A stretch of 64,000 bases of DNA. Source: a virus. Location of the stretch: IMG/VR virus record IMGVR_UViG_3300042505_000752, positions 64,967-128,966 of that record, one strand, 5' to 3'. The position numbers were made by a program, and so were the translations under genes. This document shows positions 29,884-39,677 of this stretch, in pieces (within the stretch, counting starts at the first letter, position 1; each line of letters opens with the position of its first letter). A model generated the notes under the pieces. The model had not been told where the DNA came from, searched no databases, and saw nothing but the letters and a program-made list of their open reading frames with translations.

Positions 29884-30438
29884 ATGAACCGTTTAGATTT
29901 AGGCGACTTCAAGTTCGCAAAAAGTCTTGAACGACTTGTCACTCGCCCAAAGACATTGAATGGCATTGCCCTTCCGACTGTCCGTAACCTAGCCGAGTCT
30001 CGCATTATCAATGCCGACTTTGACGCAGTGATTACATCAGGACCAGCAGAGCGCGAAGTTAACTGGGATCACCCCAACCATCGCGTCTGGGAGTTTGATG
30101 ACTCAGAAGACAAGTATGGTCCTAAGTTGGAGCAAGTAGAAGAGATGATCTTTTGGGGTGCACAGCACGACGATGTTCTTGTCCACTGTCACGCAGGGAT
30201 GAGTCGCTCTACTGCTACGGCTTGGGGTATCTGTATCGCTAAGGGCTTGGATGCCAAGGAGAGTCTTGTGGCTCTACTGGACGCTCACCCTACTGATGAT
30301 GGATACGACGAGAAGCGTTGGTTCTGCCCGAACGGACTTCTTGTCCAGCACATGCAGACCATCTTCAATGATCCGACTCTCATGGACATCCGTGAAGAAG
30401 TGTTACGCGACGATAAGCGCATCAGCCACTGGCTCTGA
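29884..30438 (+). CDS. protein-tyrosine/dual-specificity phosphatase-like protein
   Basis: VHCHAGMSRSTA P-loop; own promoter (GTTGCT...TATAAT) and AAGGAG RBS. Confidence 0.85.
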   Translation: MNRLDLGDFKFAKSLERLVTRPKTLNGIALPTVRNLAESRIINADFDAVITSGPAEREVNWDHPNHRVWEFDDSEDKYGPKLEQVEEMIFWGAQHDDVLVHCHAGMSRSTATAWGICIAKGLDAKESLVALLDAHPTDDGYDEKRWFCPNGLLVQHMQTIFNDPTLMDIREEVLRDDKRISHWL

Positions 30439-30891
30439 GAGTGCGTATAACTGTTTCTCGTATTCCTTGACAATCTTGTCGTAGGTAGAGAGGAACATCT
30501 CTCGGTCCCCATTCGTGTGGAGGTTGTAGGAACTAACTCCTCCTAGAGCCTTCACCGTTTGGGAGACTAGAGCGTGGATAGATTCAGATGAATAGTTGCC
30601 AGAGTGTGCCGCATCAGCAGCACGCCTGAACTGCTGCCATGCTTCTCCGCCAGTAGGTACTGATTCGCCGTGGATCAAATCAACAGTTCTACGCCGCACT
30701 TCGCCTACGCGAGGCATGTAACCGTTTTCTATAACAAGGTCGTCAAGCACGAGGTCAACATCATCCTTGTTTAAATCTTTGAGAATGCGCCACCATGCTT
30801 CATACGCCTGCTTCTGATAGACAGGGTTAATCTGCTGGTTCCAACTCAAATAAATTCTGTCAACAATTTGACACAGTTCTGTTTTAGTCAT
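30403..30891 (-). CDS. helicase loader/inhibitor (G39P-like)
   Basis: W..ILKDL..D.V...L..L......P.V.E.R pattern; downstream of an initiator-like gene. Confidence 0.55.
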   Translation of the reverse strand: MTKTELCQIVDRIYLSWNQQINPVYQKQAYEAWWRILKDLNKDDVDLVLDDLVIENGYMPRVGEVRRRTVDLIHGESVPTGGEAWQQFRRAADAAHSGNYSSESIHALVSQTVKALGGVSSYNLHTNGDREMFLSTYDKIVKEYEKQLYALSEPVADALIVA

Positions 30892-31291
30892 CTAAGAAGC
30901 CACCCTTGCTGTCATCCGCCACCGTGAGATTAGAGAACCGCTCAATATGAGACGAGTCCCGCAGGATTAATTCTAGCGAGTTGTAAACCGTTCCGCTTGG
31001 GTTCTGTCCCATATGCCAAGGAGATAGGGCACAGCCCCGTATCGCATCCTTAACAATGTCCGATCCAAATTGGTTGACTGCCACTGTGATCAACTTCGTC
31101 CGCTCGTCGGAGAGGCGGGGCTTCCTACCTTTACCTTGGAAGAAAGTATCTATATAGGTTTGCCAGACCTGAAGAATGATTGCGGGGCTAACAGGTTGTA
31201 GATAGTTAGCGCGCTTCTTCTCGGTACGGGACTGTTTAGTTGGTTCTTCTAAATCAAATAGACTTGGTTGTTCTGAAATAATTTCAGGCAT
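30884..31291 (-). CDS. replication initiator-like protein (DnaD/phage conserved C-terminal-like)
   Basis: AIRGC..SPWHMGQN...Y..LELILR..HIERF. Confidence 0.5.
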   Translation of the reverse strand: MPEIISEQPSLFDLEEPTKQSRTEKKRANYLQPVSPAIILQVWQTYIDTFFQGKGRKPRLSDERTKLITVAVNQFGSDIVKDAIRGCALSPWHMGQNPSGTVYNSLELILRDSSHIERFSNLTVADDSKGGFLDD

Positions 31292-31795
31292 AATTCTCCC
31301 CTTAAACTTTAGTAATTCTAAGTCTACCAATGAAGACAAACATATATCAACTTATTCCACGGAATATTTAACAAGAACAAAAGAACACATTACCCTGGAG
31401 TAATACGAAACTTGTTTCGTTTTACGACTCCAGTAAAGAGTGCAACATAACTAAAGAGAGATTAGGTAAGACCTGGAGGGGGGTCTGGGGGGAACCATCG
31501 TCTTTTGCTGTCGTACTTTGGGGTACGCTCAAGCAAGCCCTTTGGACTGGAGTGTGTTGTTCTGACGGGTATGAGGCCTCGTCGTATTTGTAAATATGAC
31601 TATAGCGTGTCTCATCCACCACCGTCGCATATTGAGCATCTTTTTTTAAAAAAGTTGCGCGACTGTAACATTCGCTGTTTGTTTTGGTGTAATGTATTGA
31701 CGCGGGGAATGTTTCGCCCCCTTATATTCACCGCACGGTTGAGGCGGTGGAGGTTAACGGTTCGTGTTTGTTCATTAACCTCCACCGACTCCCGC

Positions 31796-32266
31796 TTAAA
31801 CGATTGGGAGATTGAACTCTCGTCGTTCCACCATGATGCCGAGAGCGCAGTAGTTCACTAGATCCAAGAATGTATCTTGCATTGCTTCGTGATTGGGCTG
31901 TCTTCCGTCACCGTCAAGATTTTCTAAGCGTGCCACTTTGTCGTGGATGCGTACTAGTAATCCTTGTCGTCCAAAGCGAGTGATTGCTTCAGGACCGTAA
32001 TCTTTTTGTTTTGATACAAGAATATTTACACATTCTTTTTTATTTAGATTTAGTTCTCTTAATCGTGCAACTTCAATTGCTTCTGCACCAATCTGTGAGA
32101 AGAACACACAGGCTTGGATGTTTCCACCTCGTCGGTCGTAGAGTGATTCAATAAACCCATCTAGATACTTGCGTATCATTGCTGGTGATTTATCTTTCCT
32201 CTTTAATACGAGTGAGAAGATGGCATCAATTGCTGACTCTGCTGATTCGTTCCATGTTTGTGGCAT
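31796..32266 (-). CDS. nucleotide-modification-associated domain protein (DUF1599-like)
   Basis: KQKDYG...G..G..VR..DK..RL.NL...E...DT..DL.NY. Confidence 0.75.
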   Translation of the reverse strand: MPQTWNESAESAIDAIFSLVLKRKDKSPAMIRKYLDGFIESLYDRRGGNIQACVFFSQIGAEAIEVARLRELNLNKKECVNILVSKQKDYGPEAITRFGRQGLLVRIHDKVARLENLDGDGRQPNHEAMQDTFLDLVNYCALGIMVERREFNLPIV

Positions 32267-32313
32267 GAATCTATTTTTATCACAGAGTCATACACCACCG
32301 TCGTTTGTTGAGA

Positions 32314-32544
32314 TCAGCCCTGCCAGATTTTTTGGTATGACAGTGGCCACTGAGCGACTGGTTCGCATCCCTTGTCAAAGTGATCCTTGAGTGCTTCGTC
32401 GGTACCGCACGCGGAGCAGATCTCCGTCTTGTTGTCCGCTCGCGAGATTGCGCCAGGGTATGCGCCTGGTGTGTCGTTGTTTGGAATGTGATTAACCACA
32501 CAGCGCGGACAGATCTTGTGAATTGCTTTAGTCTTAGTATTCAT
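32314..32544 (-). CDS. small Zn-finger protein
   Basis: CPRC...GAISRADN.TEICSACG. Confidence 0.65.
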   Translation of the reverse strand: MNTKTKAIHKICPRCVVNHIPNNDTPGAYPGAISRADNKTEICSACGTDEALKDHFDKGCEPVAQWPLSYQKIWQG

Positions 32545-32584
32545 TTTTACTCCTAGTTAGTAGATGATTTATTAGATAAGTTTA

Positions 32585-32872
32585 TCAAGAATCTTCAAAA
32601 TCGTCAATGATCATTTCAAACTTCAGTGATGTTAAGTACGCAATCACTGTGTCGGTTAGACATATCCAGAGTTCTTGATCCTCAAGGATCTGCTCTCCTA
32701 ATATTTCTAAATCCAAATCAGTGAGTTCATACACAAAGTCGTACAGACTGTTGGGCATCACGGGTTCAAGATTGTCATTGACAATGCTTCTGATTAATTG
32801 TGGGGATAGAACAAGCACATTAAACGGTGGCTTCTGATTCCTCTTCCACCACCGTCGCTTGTTGAGATTCAC
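32585..32872 (-). CDS. hypothetical protein
   Basis: GTGA overlap in operon. Confidence 0.6.
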   Translation of the reverse strand: MNLNKRRWWKRNQKPPFNVLVLSPQLIRSIVNDNLEPVMPNSLYDFVYELTDLDLEILGEQILEDQELWICLTDTVIAYLTSLKFEMIIDDFEDS

Positions 32873-33147
32873 CCTTCTCCGACCCAGCGGGCGAAGATGT
32901 CATAACGCTGTTTGCCGTCTTCCGATTGGATGTATCGGCAAGTTGTTTCAATGCCGGGGTAAGCAATCTTCAGTCGTGTTGAGAATGTTGGCGACGATGC
33001 TCGCTTGAACACTGCCCATGACTTCGGCTTTTGCTTCAGTTCCTCCACGAATGGGAGATACTTCTTCATTGACTTCTCTGATGTGTCTTTCTTTTCTGTG
33101 CTCTTGCTGTGGGAAGGCTTTGGGTCTTCCCATTGAATGTCAATCAT
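32869..33147 (-). CDS. hypothetical protein
   Basis: AAGGA RBS; ATGA overlap. Confidence 0.6.
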   Translation of the reverse strand: MIDIQWEDPKPSHSKSTEKKDTSEKSMKKYLPFVEELKQKPKSWAVFKRASSPTFSTRLKIAYPGIETTCRYIQSEDGKQRYDIFARWVGEG

Positions 33148-33332
33148 TTCCTTGTTTCCTTGTTCTGTGTAACCCCCATTAACCATGGGGTGTATTGGCT
33201 TGCGTACATTGACGCTTCAAAGAATGTTCTGAAGCGTCTCACTGTATCGTTATAAGGAAAGTCTACACACCAATTGCGTGTGTCGCTATCCTGCTGAGTG
33301 ATTTCTTCGTAGTAAATCGTAACCTTTCTCAC
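33144..33332 (-). CDS. hypothetical protein
   Basis: GTGA overlap. Confidence 0.55.
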   Translation of the reverse strand: MRKVTIYYEEITQQDSDTRNWCVDFPYNDTVRRFRTFFEASMYASQYTPWLMGVTQNKETRK

Positions 33333-33784
33333 TTCACCCCTCTTCCCTTAAACCTGTCGTGGGCTTCACGGATACCTTCCATGAATGAGAGATTGTAGGT
33401 TTCCCATAAATCGTCATCGCTCAAAATCCAACTACCTGTCTCTTGGAGTTCTTCGTCAGTTGCGATACCAGCAACCCACAGGAGTGCGTCCTTGGTATCG
33501 GGGAATAAATCATAAGCACCAATGCCAATCACTTCCCGTGCGTTCTCACGAAGCGCAGAGGGAGAGAACAGCATGGCATTGCCGTAGGTGACATCTGCTG
33601 GTACAGATGTGTTGACAGGGCGACCGAGCCGTTCGGCAAGTTCGCACATAACACCATCGTCAAAGTAGTCGTCGCCAGTAATGCGAGCCTCGTCGTGGTC
33701 GTCAAGGTCGTCCATATCTATGATGACGCATTCGCTAGCGTCAATGATTGTCTCAGTTCCTAAGTGAACAATAAACTTTGCCAT
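33329..33784 (-). CDS. acidic hypothetical protein, cassette gene
   Basis: Cassette promoter/leader directly upstream. Confidence 0.7.
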   Translation of the reverse strand: MAKFIVHLGTETIIDASECVIIDMDDLDDHDEARITGDDYFDDGVMCELAERLGRPVNTSVPADVTYGNAMLFSPSALRENAREVIGIGAYDLFPDTKDALLWVAGIATDEELQETGSWILSDDDLWETYNLSFMEGIREAHDRFKGRGVK

Positions 33785-33865
33785 AAGTAATCCTTTGTTA
33801 GTAGTTGCGTGTGTAATCATTATAGCAGGGTTATGTAGATTACACAACCCTGCTACTTAGATTTA

Positions 33866-34561
33866 TCAGATTATTTGTTCTGCTCGCTCTTTCATTTTAT
33901 CTAGAGCGTCTTCAAAGAAGTTGTAAAACTTCTCATAACCGTCATCGTCATCAAGAATATCGCCCGATGGTGATGGCTCTTCGCATTCGTCAAACAAGAC
34001 CCAGCCATTAGTGACGACGATATGACCGACATATCCCATTCCAGTTTCGCTGTACGAAACACGGAAAACTAAATGAGGATACATCTCAGAGATTTTGACT
34101 AGGAAGCCGTTTGAGAATGGACTCCAAGCAGTCTGGTAGTAAAACTCCAACTGTCCACTTGGCGTAGCACTTCCTATGGGTGCGTTTGTAATTTCTGTAT
34201 CGTAGTCGCCCCACTTAGTTCCCCAGTTGCTATTTGCCCAGTCGTACCAGTTGCTATAACCAGTCTCGGCTAGAGACTTCTGCCCAGCCTCATACTTCTC
34301 CACAGTGTCCTTGACTAGGTGGTCGTACCATTCCTGAGTCATCTTGCCATCGTCCAGCATGACCTTCCAATTTGGGTGAGGTTCAGGGGATGTTGGGGTT
34401 GGTGACTGCGTGCCATCTAGAGCACTAGGCATTGGGACTAGTGAGGCAATTTTGACAATTCGGTTGCCATCCTTATCGGTAGATTGGATATCGTTCCAAA
34501 AACGAGATAGTAGGGCATTGTCGCCCTGAACAATCATAGTATTTTCGCAATGGTTAGGCAT
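33866..34561 (-). CDS. YubB ferredoxin-like / DUF1281 family protein
   Basis: MPNHCEN start; WYDW..SNWGTKW; F.TAWSP. Confidence 0.8.
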   Translation of the reverse strand: MPNHCENTMIVQGDNALLSRFWNDIQSTDKDGNRIVKIASLVPMPSALDGTQSPTPTSPEPHPNWKVMLDDGKMTQEWYDHLVKDTVEKYEAGQKSLAETGYSNWYDWANSNWGTKWGDYDTEITNAPIGSATPSGQLEFYYQTAWSPFSNGFLVKISEMYPHLVFRVSYSETGMGYVGHIVVTNGWVLFDECEEPSPSGDILDDDDGYEKFYNFFEDALDKMKERAEQII

Positions 34562-34618
34562 TGTGTGTCCTTTCGGTAGTAGTTGATTGTATAAGTATAC
34601 ACGGTATTTTGTGTAATG

Positions 34619-34915
34619 TCAACACGCAGAGTTAATAAAATCCTGAGCGAGGACACTAAAATCTTTATTGTCGTGCTTGAAAAATCTTTCCCAATCGCTA
34701 TCGCCACAAGCAAGCAATACAGCAAGCCCTGCTAGAGCAACGGGAAGCGAGTCATATGTTTCGGTGTAATCGTTGGCAACGAAGTCTGTCCACCAAAGCG
34801 AATACTTGCCATCGTTCTCGTGGAGTTCTATGCCGATATGGTACTTGTCCACGATGAATGAGTAGAGGGAAATACCGTTCTCATTGTCTGTGCTGAAATC
34901 TTTGAAAATCTTCAT
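34619..34915 (-). CDS. acidic hypothetical protein
   Basis: ATGA overlap with the upstream gene. Confidence 0.65.
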   Translation of the reverse strand: MKIFKDFSTDNENGISLYSFIVDKYHIGIELHENDGKYSLWWTDFVANDYTETYDSLPVALAGLAVLLACGDSDWERFFKHDNKDFSVLAQDFINSAC

Positions 34916-35223
34916 TTGTAGTTTCTCCTTAGTGAGTTAGTACGGCTTTTTGCGTCCATTGCTTCTTTGCCCCACAGACTGTGGAGTGTGTAATGTTGGA
35001 TAAGTAACCCAACAGCCTTCCAGATATCCTCTGCTGTCCATTCACTGTCGTCGCCCATGTCAGGGTTATCAAAGTCAATGTCGTAGATAAATCCATCTAA
35101 AGCAACTTCAGGAGTGCTGAGAAGCGTGTAGTAGTGCTCGTCAATAATCTCAGCGAGTTCGTGAATTGCCCGACTTTCGTTGGCAAGTTCTTCCATCTCT
35201 GCGTGCTGTTCCCATGAAATCAT
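34912..35223 (-). CDS. acidic hypothetical protein, cassette gene
   Basis: Cassette leader upstream. Confidence 0.7.
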   Translation of the reverse strand: MISWEQHAEMEELANESRAIHELAEIIDEHYYTLLSTPEVALDGFIYDIDFDNPDMGDDSEWTAEDIWKAVGLLIQHYTLHSLWGKEAMDAKSRTNSLRRNYK

Positions 35224-35309
35224 TACTGTGTCCTTTCGTAGTAGGTATAGGTGTAAGTATACACGCTGAGAAGCAATAAAGCAACCCAGCGTGTAAACTT
35301 TTTAAAAAA

Positions 35310-35774
35310 TCACCAAGATGATGAGTAGTTAAACTCCCAGTCTTCGGGGAGTGTCAGTAACTTCCCAATAGCGTCGGCGGTATATTGGACATTGCCCATA
35401 TACCACTCGTCGTATTCCGTGCCCCCAAAGAAAAAGCCCTCTTGGACTGGCAGGAGTTCGCTAGCGAGAGAGTTGTCAGCGAGAACCTTTTTACAAATGT
35501 CCACGAGTTCCGTTAGTTGGTCTCGTGATACATAGGAAGTCTGACAGTTGTCTAAACCGTCTTGACAGTTCTTGACGAACCAGCCGTGAACGGCATTAGC
35601 CTTTCGCCAGTAGGCAACCTTCACTTCAATAGAAGCAGATGGACAATCGTCGCTAACGAAATCGCCAATCTTGGAAAGTTCCATAAGTGACTGATAGAGA
35701 GCATTACTCTCAGGTGTGCTCCACTTCGTTCCCGAAGCGTATTTGCGTGCGTATAAAAATTGGTCAAGTCCCAT
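35310..35774 (-). CDS. conserved phage protein (MGLD...YWRKAN..HGWF family)
   Basis: Recognisable phage motif, FFFG..YDEWY; cassette leader. Confidence 0.7.
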   Translation of the reverse strand: MGLDQFLYARKYASGTKWSTPESNALYQSLMELSKIGDFVSDDCPSASIEVKVAYWRKANAVHGWFVKNCQDGLDNCQTSYVSRDQLTELVDICKKVLADNSLASELLPVQEGFFFGGTEYDEWYMGNVQYTADAIGKLLTLPEDWEFNYSSSW

Positions 35775-35856
35775 TGTTGTGTCCTTTGTTGGTAGTTGTG
35801 TGTGTAACCATTATACAGTATCTGTAGGGGTTTCGCAACCCCTACAGACAGATTTA

Positions 35857-36168
35857 TCAGAGCGACCGAAAGTAATAGCCATCTGTTTCCCAAAAGTCGC
35901 CACCTTGGAATAGGTCATGGGCATACTTGGCGAAATCAAAGTATCGCCAAACTCGCTCGTGAATGCCATCCATAAAGCAACTCTCGTAAGCATGGAACTC
36001 TCCGAACTCTTTATGCGAGCCGAAGTACCCATAATAGGAGTCGGTATAGTCACTGATTTCGCCCTCTGCGTCCTCGGCAGAAATATGGTAGTTGAGGCAG
36101 AACTCAGTGAATGAATTAGCATCTAAGCCGTTGTCTTGGGCAATGCTTTCGTAAGTAATGGTGTCCAT
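35857..36168 (-). CDS. ArdA-like antirestriction protein (C-terminal-like)
   Basis: Y.G.F.S..EF.E...YFDF..YA.DL...D....GYYFR; acidic. Confidence 0.7.
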   Translation of the reverse strand: MDTITYESIAQDNGLDANSFTEFCLNYHISAEDAEGEISDYTDSYYGYFGSHKEFGEFHAYESCFMDGIHERVWRYFDFAKYAHDLFQGGDFWETDGYYFRSL

Positions 36169-36246
36169 AGTAATCCCTTCGTAGTGGTGTTAGATAAGTA
36201 TAGCAGGTCTGTGTAACAATTACAACCTTATTATTAGATTTCTTTC

Positions 36247-36543
36247 TCAGAGCCGACCACCGTAGTCTCGCTCGTTGTAGTAGCGATTTTCCCACTGTGC
36301 TTGCTTTTCAGCATCAGAGATTTCGGTTTCCAACTCTTCAAAGATTTTCTTCATTGCTCCAATGACGAGTGAGTGGATATCGGCAACGGTGCCGTGGTTT
36401 TTAATTCCGATACCGACATTCTGTGCTTCTCGCACTTCGTCGTACCAATTGAAAAGTGCTTGCCACTCTCCGATATTGCGAGCGTCGTATTCATCAGCAA
36501 TAAGTTGCTTGATGACTTCCGTAAAGTTAGTGGTGGTTTCCAT
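36247..36543 (-). CDS. hypothetical cassette gene
   Basis: Cassette leader upstream. Confidence 0.7.
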   Translation of the reverse strand: METTTNFTEVIKQLIADEYDARNIGEWQALFNWYDEVREAQNVGIGIKNHGTVADIHSLVIGAMKKIFEELETEISDAEKQAQWENRYYNERDYGGRL

Positions 36544-36855
36544 AGTTGTCCTTTTCCGTAGTAGTGGCTTACCAGATAAGTATAGCAGATATGTGTAACA
36601 ATTACAACATCTAAATAGATATTTATTAGATTTTTTTTGCGCCGTAACTTATAGGACAAGTATAGCAGATGAGTGTAACAATTACAACCTATTTATAGAT
36701 AAAGTTATCCACAGACTTATCCACAGGCAAAAAATAGGGGGTCATCCGCCACCGTACGAAAAAGAGACACACAGTCCCGTGCCCCAAATCGGGGAGCGGG
36801 GCTATCAACCTTATTGACAAATTCTGTCAATACTTGCAAGCATTAGCCCCGCAAC

Positions 36856-36869
36856 CGAACTAATGTTCG
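36856..36869. promoter_or_regulatory. LexA-type SOS box
   Basis: CGAAC-TAAT-GTTCG, 4 nt before the ATG at 36874. Confidence 0.65.
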
Positions 36870-36873
36870 TAGC

Positions 36874-37239
36874 ATGATCAACCAGAATAAGTGGACAACC
36901 CACATCACAGCACTCCGCTCATATGCGGAACGAACAGGAACTACACGAGTGCCTCGGACTCATGTAGAAAATACAGAGACAGGTGAAGTACGACTCGGCG
37001 CTTGGGTGTCGTATGTTCGTCACCGCCAGCGCAAGGGACACTTGTCCGATACACAAATTCAGGAACTTTCGTCGCTCCCAAATTGGCACTACGAACCACT
37101 GCCCGCAGGACGGACAGGCGACACTGCTCGTGACACCATGATTCAAGCGAGGGCGGAAGATGGCGCACGAGTTCGTGAACTATCACAAGAGTTTGGTCTT
37201 ACTCGCCAGCGGATTCATCAGATCATCTCATCTAAGTGA
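36874..37239 (+). CDS. helicase-associated (HA) domain + HTH protein
   Basis: W......L..Y....G...VP......LG.WV...R...R.G.L...I..L; C-terminal FGLTRQRIHQI. Confidence 0.8.
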   Translation: MINQNKWTTHITALRSYAERTGTTRVPRTHVENTETGEVRLGAWVSYVRHRQRKGHLSDTQIQELSSLPNWHYEPLPAGRTGDTARDTMIQARAEDGARVRELSQEFGLTRQRIHQIISSK

Positions 37240-37520
37240 ACAAGATGAACGAGTCGTATGCCGAGTGGCAGAGAGAGTTTAGGAAGTCACAAACGATTCC
37301 TAAGAATGAGAAAGCGAAACCAAAAGGCTTCGTGCTTTTTGTTGCCATGATCTTTTACTCACTGATCGTGACTGTTGTCTTTTTCTTTGTTGTCAGCATT
37401 GCCCTACGCATTGCAGGGTGGTCAGACTTCCTGTCTGCTCGTCAAGTGTTCGGACTTTGTTTTGGCATCTCATCACTAAGAGGACTAGACAGAGTTTTCT
37501 ACGGTAGTAATCCTTTTTAG
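37236..37520 (+). CDS. two-TM membrane protein
   Basis: Hydrophobic segments. Confidence 0.6.
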   Translation: MNKMNESYAEWQREFRKSQTIPKNEKAKPKGFVLFVAMIFYSLIVTVVFFFVVSIALRIAGWSDFLSARQVFGLCFGISSLRGLDRVFYGSNPF

Positions 37521-37527
37521 ATATAGC

Positions 37528-37564
37528 AAAGAGCGGTAGGTGATAAACACCTACCGCTCTTTTA
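37528..37564 (+). terminator. intrinsic terminator
   Basis: AAAGAGCGGTAGGTG-ATAAA-CACCTACCGCTCTTTTT. Confidence 0.85.
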
Positions 37565-37606
37565 TGAGGCAGAGAGGAAAGGACAAGTAACCCTCTGCTA
37601 AGAAAG

Positions 37607-38956
37607 TCAGTCGTCTAAGTTTCGTTCTTTCCAAAATGACGAGTTCTTGATTTCACCAACAGCGTTAGCCTTGAGTCGCTTACCTTGCTTGACTTGTTTC
37701 AATGCCTTGATAGCACCTACAACATCATTAACTTGGTGAATACTGTGCTTAATAACAAGGTTCGCACACTCGTCAGTCAGGTTGGCAAAGTTATTGTCGC
37801 CCTTGCCATCAGTAACATAACCATCGCAAACCCAAATGAATGGTTCGCCTTGCTTACGCTTGGCTTGTGCGAAACGAATAGCAGGACCATCAACACCGTT
37901 ACCGCCGTTGCCAGCAGGAACTTTCTCAACAACCTTGCCTCGTTCTGCCATTACCCAAACATTCGGGATTTCCTCAGAACCAGTTCGGTGAGAGTAACCA
38001 ATGATTACGCAACCGGGCGCTTCCTCAATGATCTCCCACAAGTTTTCTGTTTCCAAACGCATTGAACCTGATTGGTCAATAAGAACAACACCGCCTCGTC
38101 CCTTGGCACGACGATCAAAAATGCGTCGTTCAGGGTCTGTCAACATTCGTCCAATGCGACGAGGGTTGCGACCAATGTTAGTAGCAACTCTTTTTCGTCC
38201 AAGGTTTCCGTCAACAGCACGAGGCTTTGGAAGTTCTAATTCAATAAGTCTAGCGAACGCACCAGCGCCTGATTTTGCAATGTTCTTGACATCAGGGATT
38301 TCCTCGTTACCAAACTCATCAGGAGTTCCATCGTTACTCTCAGGCTTTAGCAAACTTTCAAGAAGCCGTGCAATGGGAACAGTCAACTTGTTGAAACCTT
38401 GCGGTAGACCATTCTCATCCGCCACCGTGGAAGCAACAGCAGGTGTTTTTTTCCATATCTTGGCGAGTGCTTTTTGCAATTCTCGTGCTTGCTTCTCAAA
38501 CTCAGGATTCGTTGTCTTGAGTCCTCGTAAGAAGTTTGCACCAGCCTTAGTGCCAGCGACAGCAGGAAGGAAACGAACAACTCCGTTCCAATCTCCGTTC
38601 TCGCCAATGATTTTTCCTGTCTGCGATTCAGAACCGTCTGCTAGTGCGTCAATAGGGAAGCCCTGTTTTGCAACCAACATATTCACACGAAACTCCTCTG
38701 CCATCATAAGCAGATCGGTTTCAATTCCTAGTGCCAGCATTGCTTCAGGATTCGTTGGCGAAACCTTTGCGTGCATGAGTTCGTGAGCACGAACGACACG
38801 AGAAGTGTCGTCAGCACCGTACGGTACTCGCATTTTTGCCGCTCGCATTTCTGTCCATGCGTCGCCTCGCACGGGGTTGCCCTCTTGGACTTCCCACGCA
38901 CGAGGCTCAATGTCACGCCTGTTGATAAATTCGGGCATTGCTTTCATGACTTGCAT
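37607..38956 (-). CDS. HExxH + vWA (CobT-like) protein; start uncertain
   Basis: RAHELMH; DQSGSM MIDAS; adjacent to an AAA ATPase. Confidence 0.8.
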   Translation of the reverse strand: MQVMKAMPEFINRRDIEPRAWEVQEGNPVRGDAWTEMRAAKMRVPYGADDTSRVVRAHELMHAKVSPTNPEAMLALGIETDLLMMAEEFRVNMLVAKQGFPIDALADGSESQTGKIIGENGDWNGVVRFLPAVAGTKAGANFLRGLKTTNPEFEKQARELQKALAKIWKKTPAVASTVADENGLPQGFNKLTVPIARLLESLLKPESNDGTPDEFGNEEIPDVKNIAKSGAGAFARLIELELPKPRAVDGNLGRKRVATNIGRNPRRIGRMLTDPERRIFDRRAKGRGGVVLIDQSGSMRLETENLWEIIEEAPGCVIIGYSHRTGSEEIPNVWVMAERGKVVEKVPAGNGGNGVDGPAIRFAQAKRKQGEPFIWVCDGYVTDGKGDNNFANLTDECANLVIKHSIHQVNDVVGAIKALKQVKQGKRLKANAVGEIKNSSFWKERNLDD

Positions 38957-38957
38957 A

Positions 38958-39677
38958 TCAAGAAACTCCGTTCACTAAGATTGCGTCTAATACGGACTGA
39001 TAGTGCTTTCCGAAAGTAAGGCGTGCCGCCTTCTCCACAGAAACCGTTTTGCGTAGAGTGTCAAACGCCATGAATGCTCGGATAGAGAAACGCCTATCAC
39101 GATCAGCGTCAGCCGAGGCGGCCGCCGCTCCTCGCAAGTCAGGCGAGAGCATTGTCAGAGCGTCAGGGTGGGGAGTGTTGATTCGCACAGCAACGGGAAA
39201 GCGGTCTTTGAGTGCTTGTGGCAACTCACGCATATCCTCAATGTTGGTGGTCATGAACACCGAGAAACCTTTTTTCGGCTTCAAGATTCGTCCTGTCTCG
39301 GGGTGTTCCCAAGAGGCAGATTCCTCACTGTCAAACATCGCAAGTAGTTGCGACATAACATCGCCTGACGCACGGTCAATTTCGTCAGCGACAACTCGTC
39401 CGCCGTTGATACCGTCGCCTTGCCACGCCTTGATAACAGTGCCATCTTGCCACTTCCAAGTACCATCGCCTGATGGCTTGAAGTGACCAGTAACATCGGC
39501 GCTTGTCATATCCTCGTTACAGATAAGACGGTGAGCACCTGCCGAAACATTGCCAAATGTAAGACCAGCGAAAGTCTTGCCCGTTCCTGGCGGTCCGAAC
39601 AGAATTAGTTTGTTGATTCCTGAGTCAAGAATGTCATTGACATCTTGCCAGCATTCGGGGAGATTAGTAGTAGTCAT
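38958..39677 (-). CDS. MoxR/CbbQ-type AAA+ ATPase
   Basis: GPPGTGKT, ADEIDRA, TTN, ALKDRF. Confidence 0.88.
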   Translation of the reverse strand: MTTTNLPECWQDVNDILDSGINKLILFGPPGTGKTFAGLTFGNVSAGAHRLICNEDMTSADVTGHFKPSGDGTWKWQDGTVIKAWQGDGINGGRVVADEIDRASGDVMSQLLAMFDSEESASWEHPETGRILKPKKGFSVFMTTNIEDMRELPQALKDRFPVAVRINTPHPDALTMLSPDLRGAAAASADADRDRRFSIRAFMAFDTLRKTVSVEKAARLTFGKHYQSVLDAILVNGVS

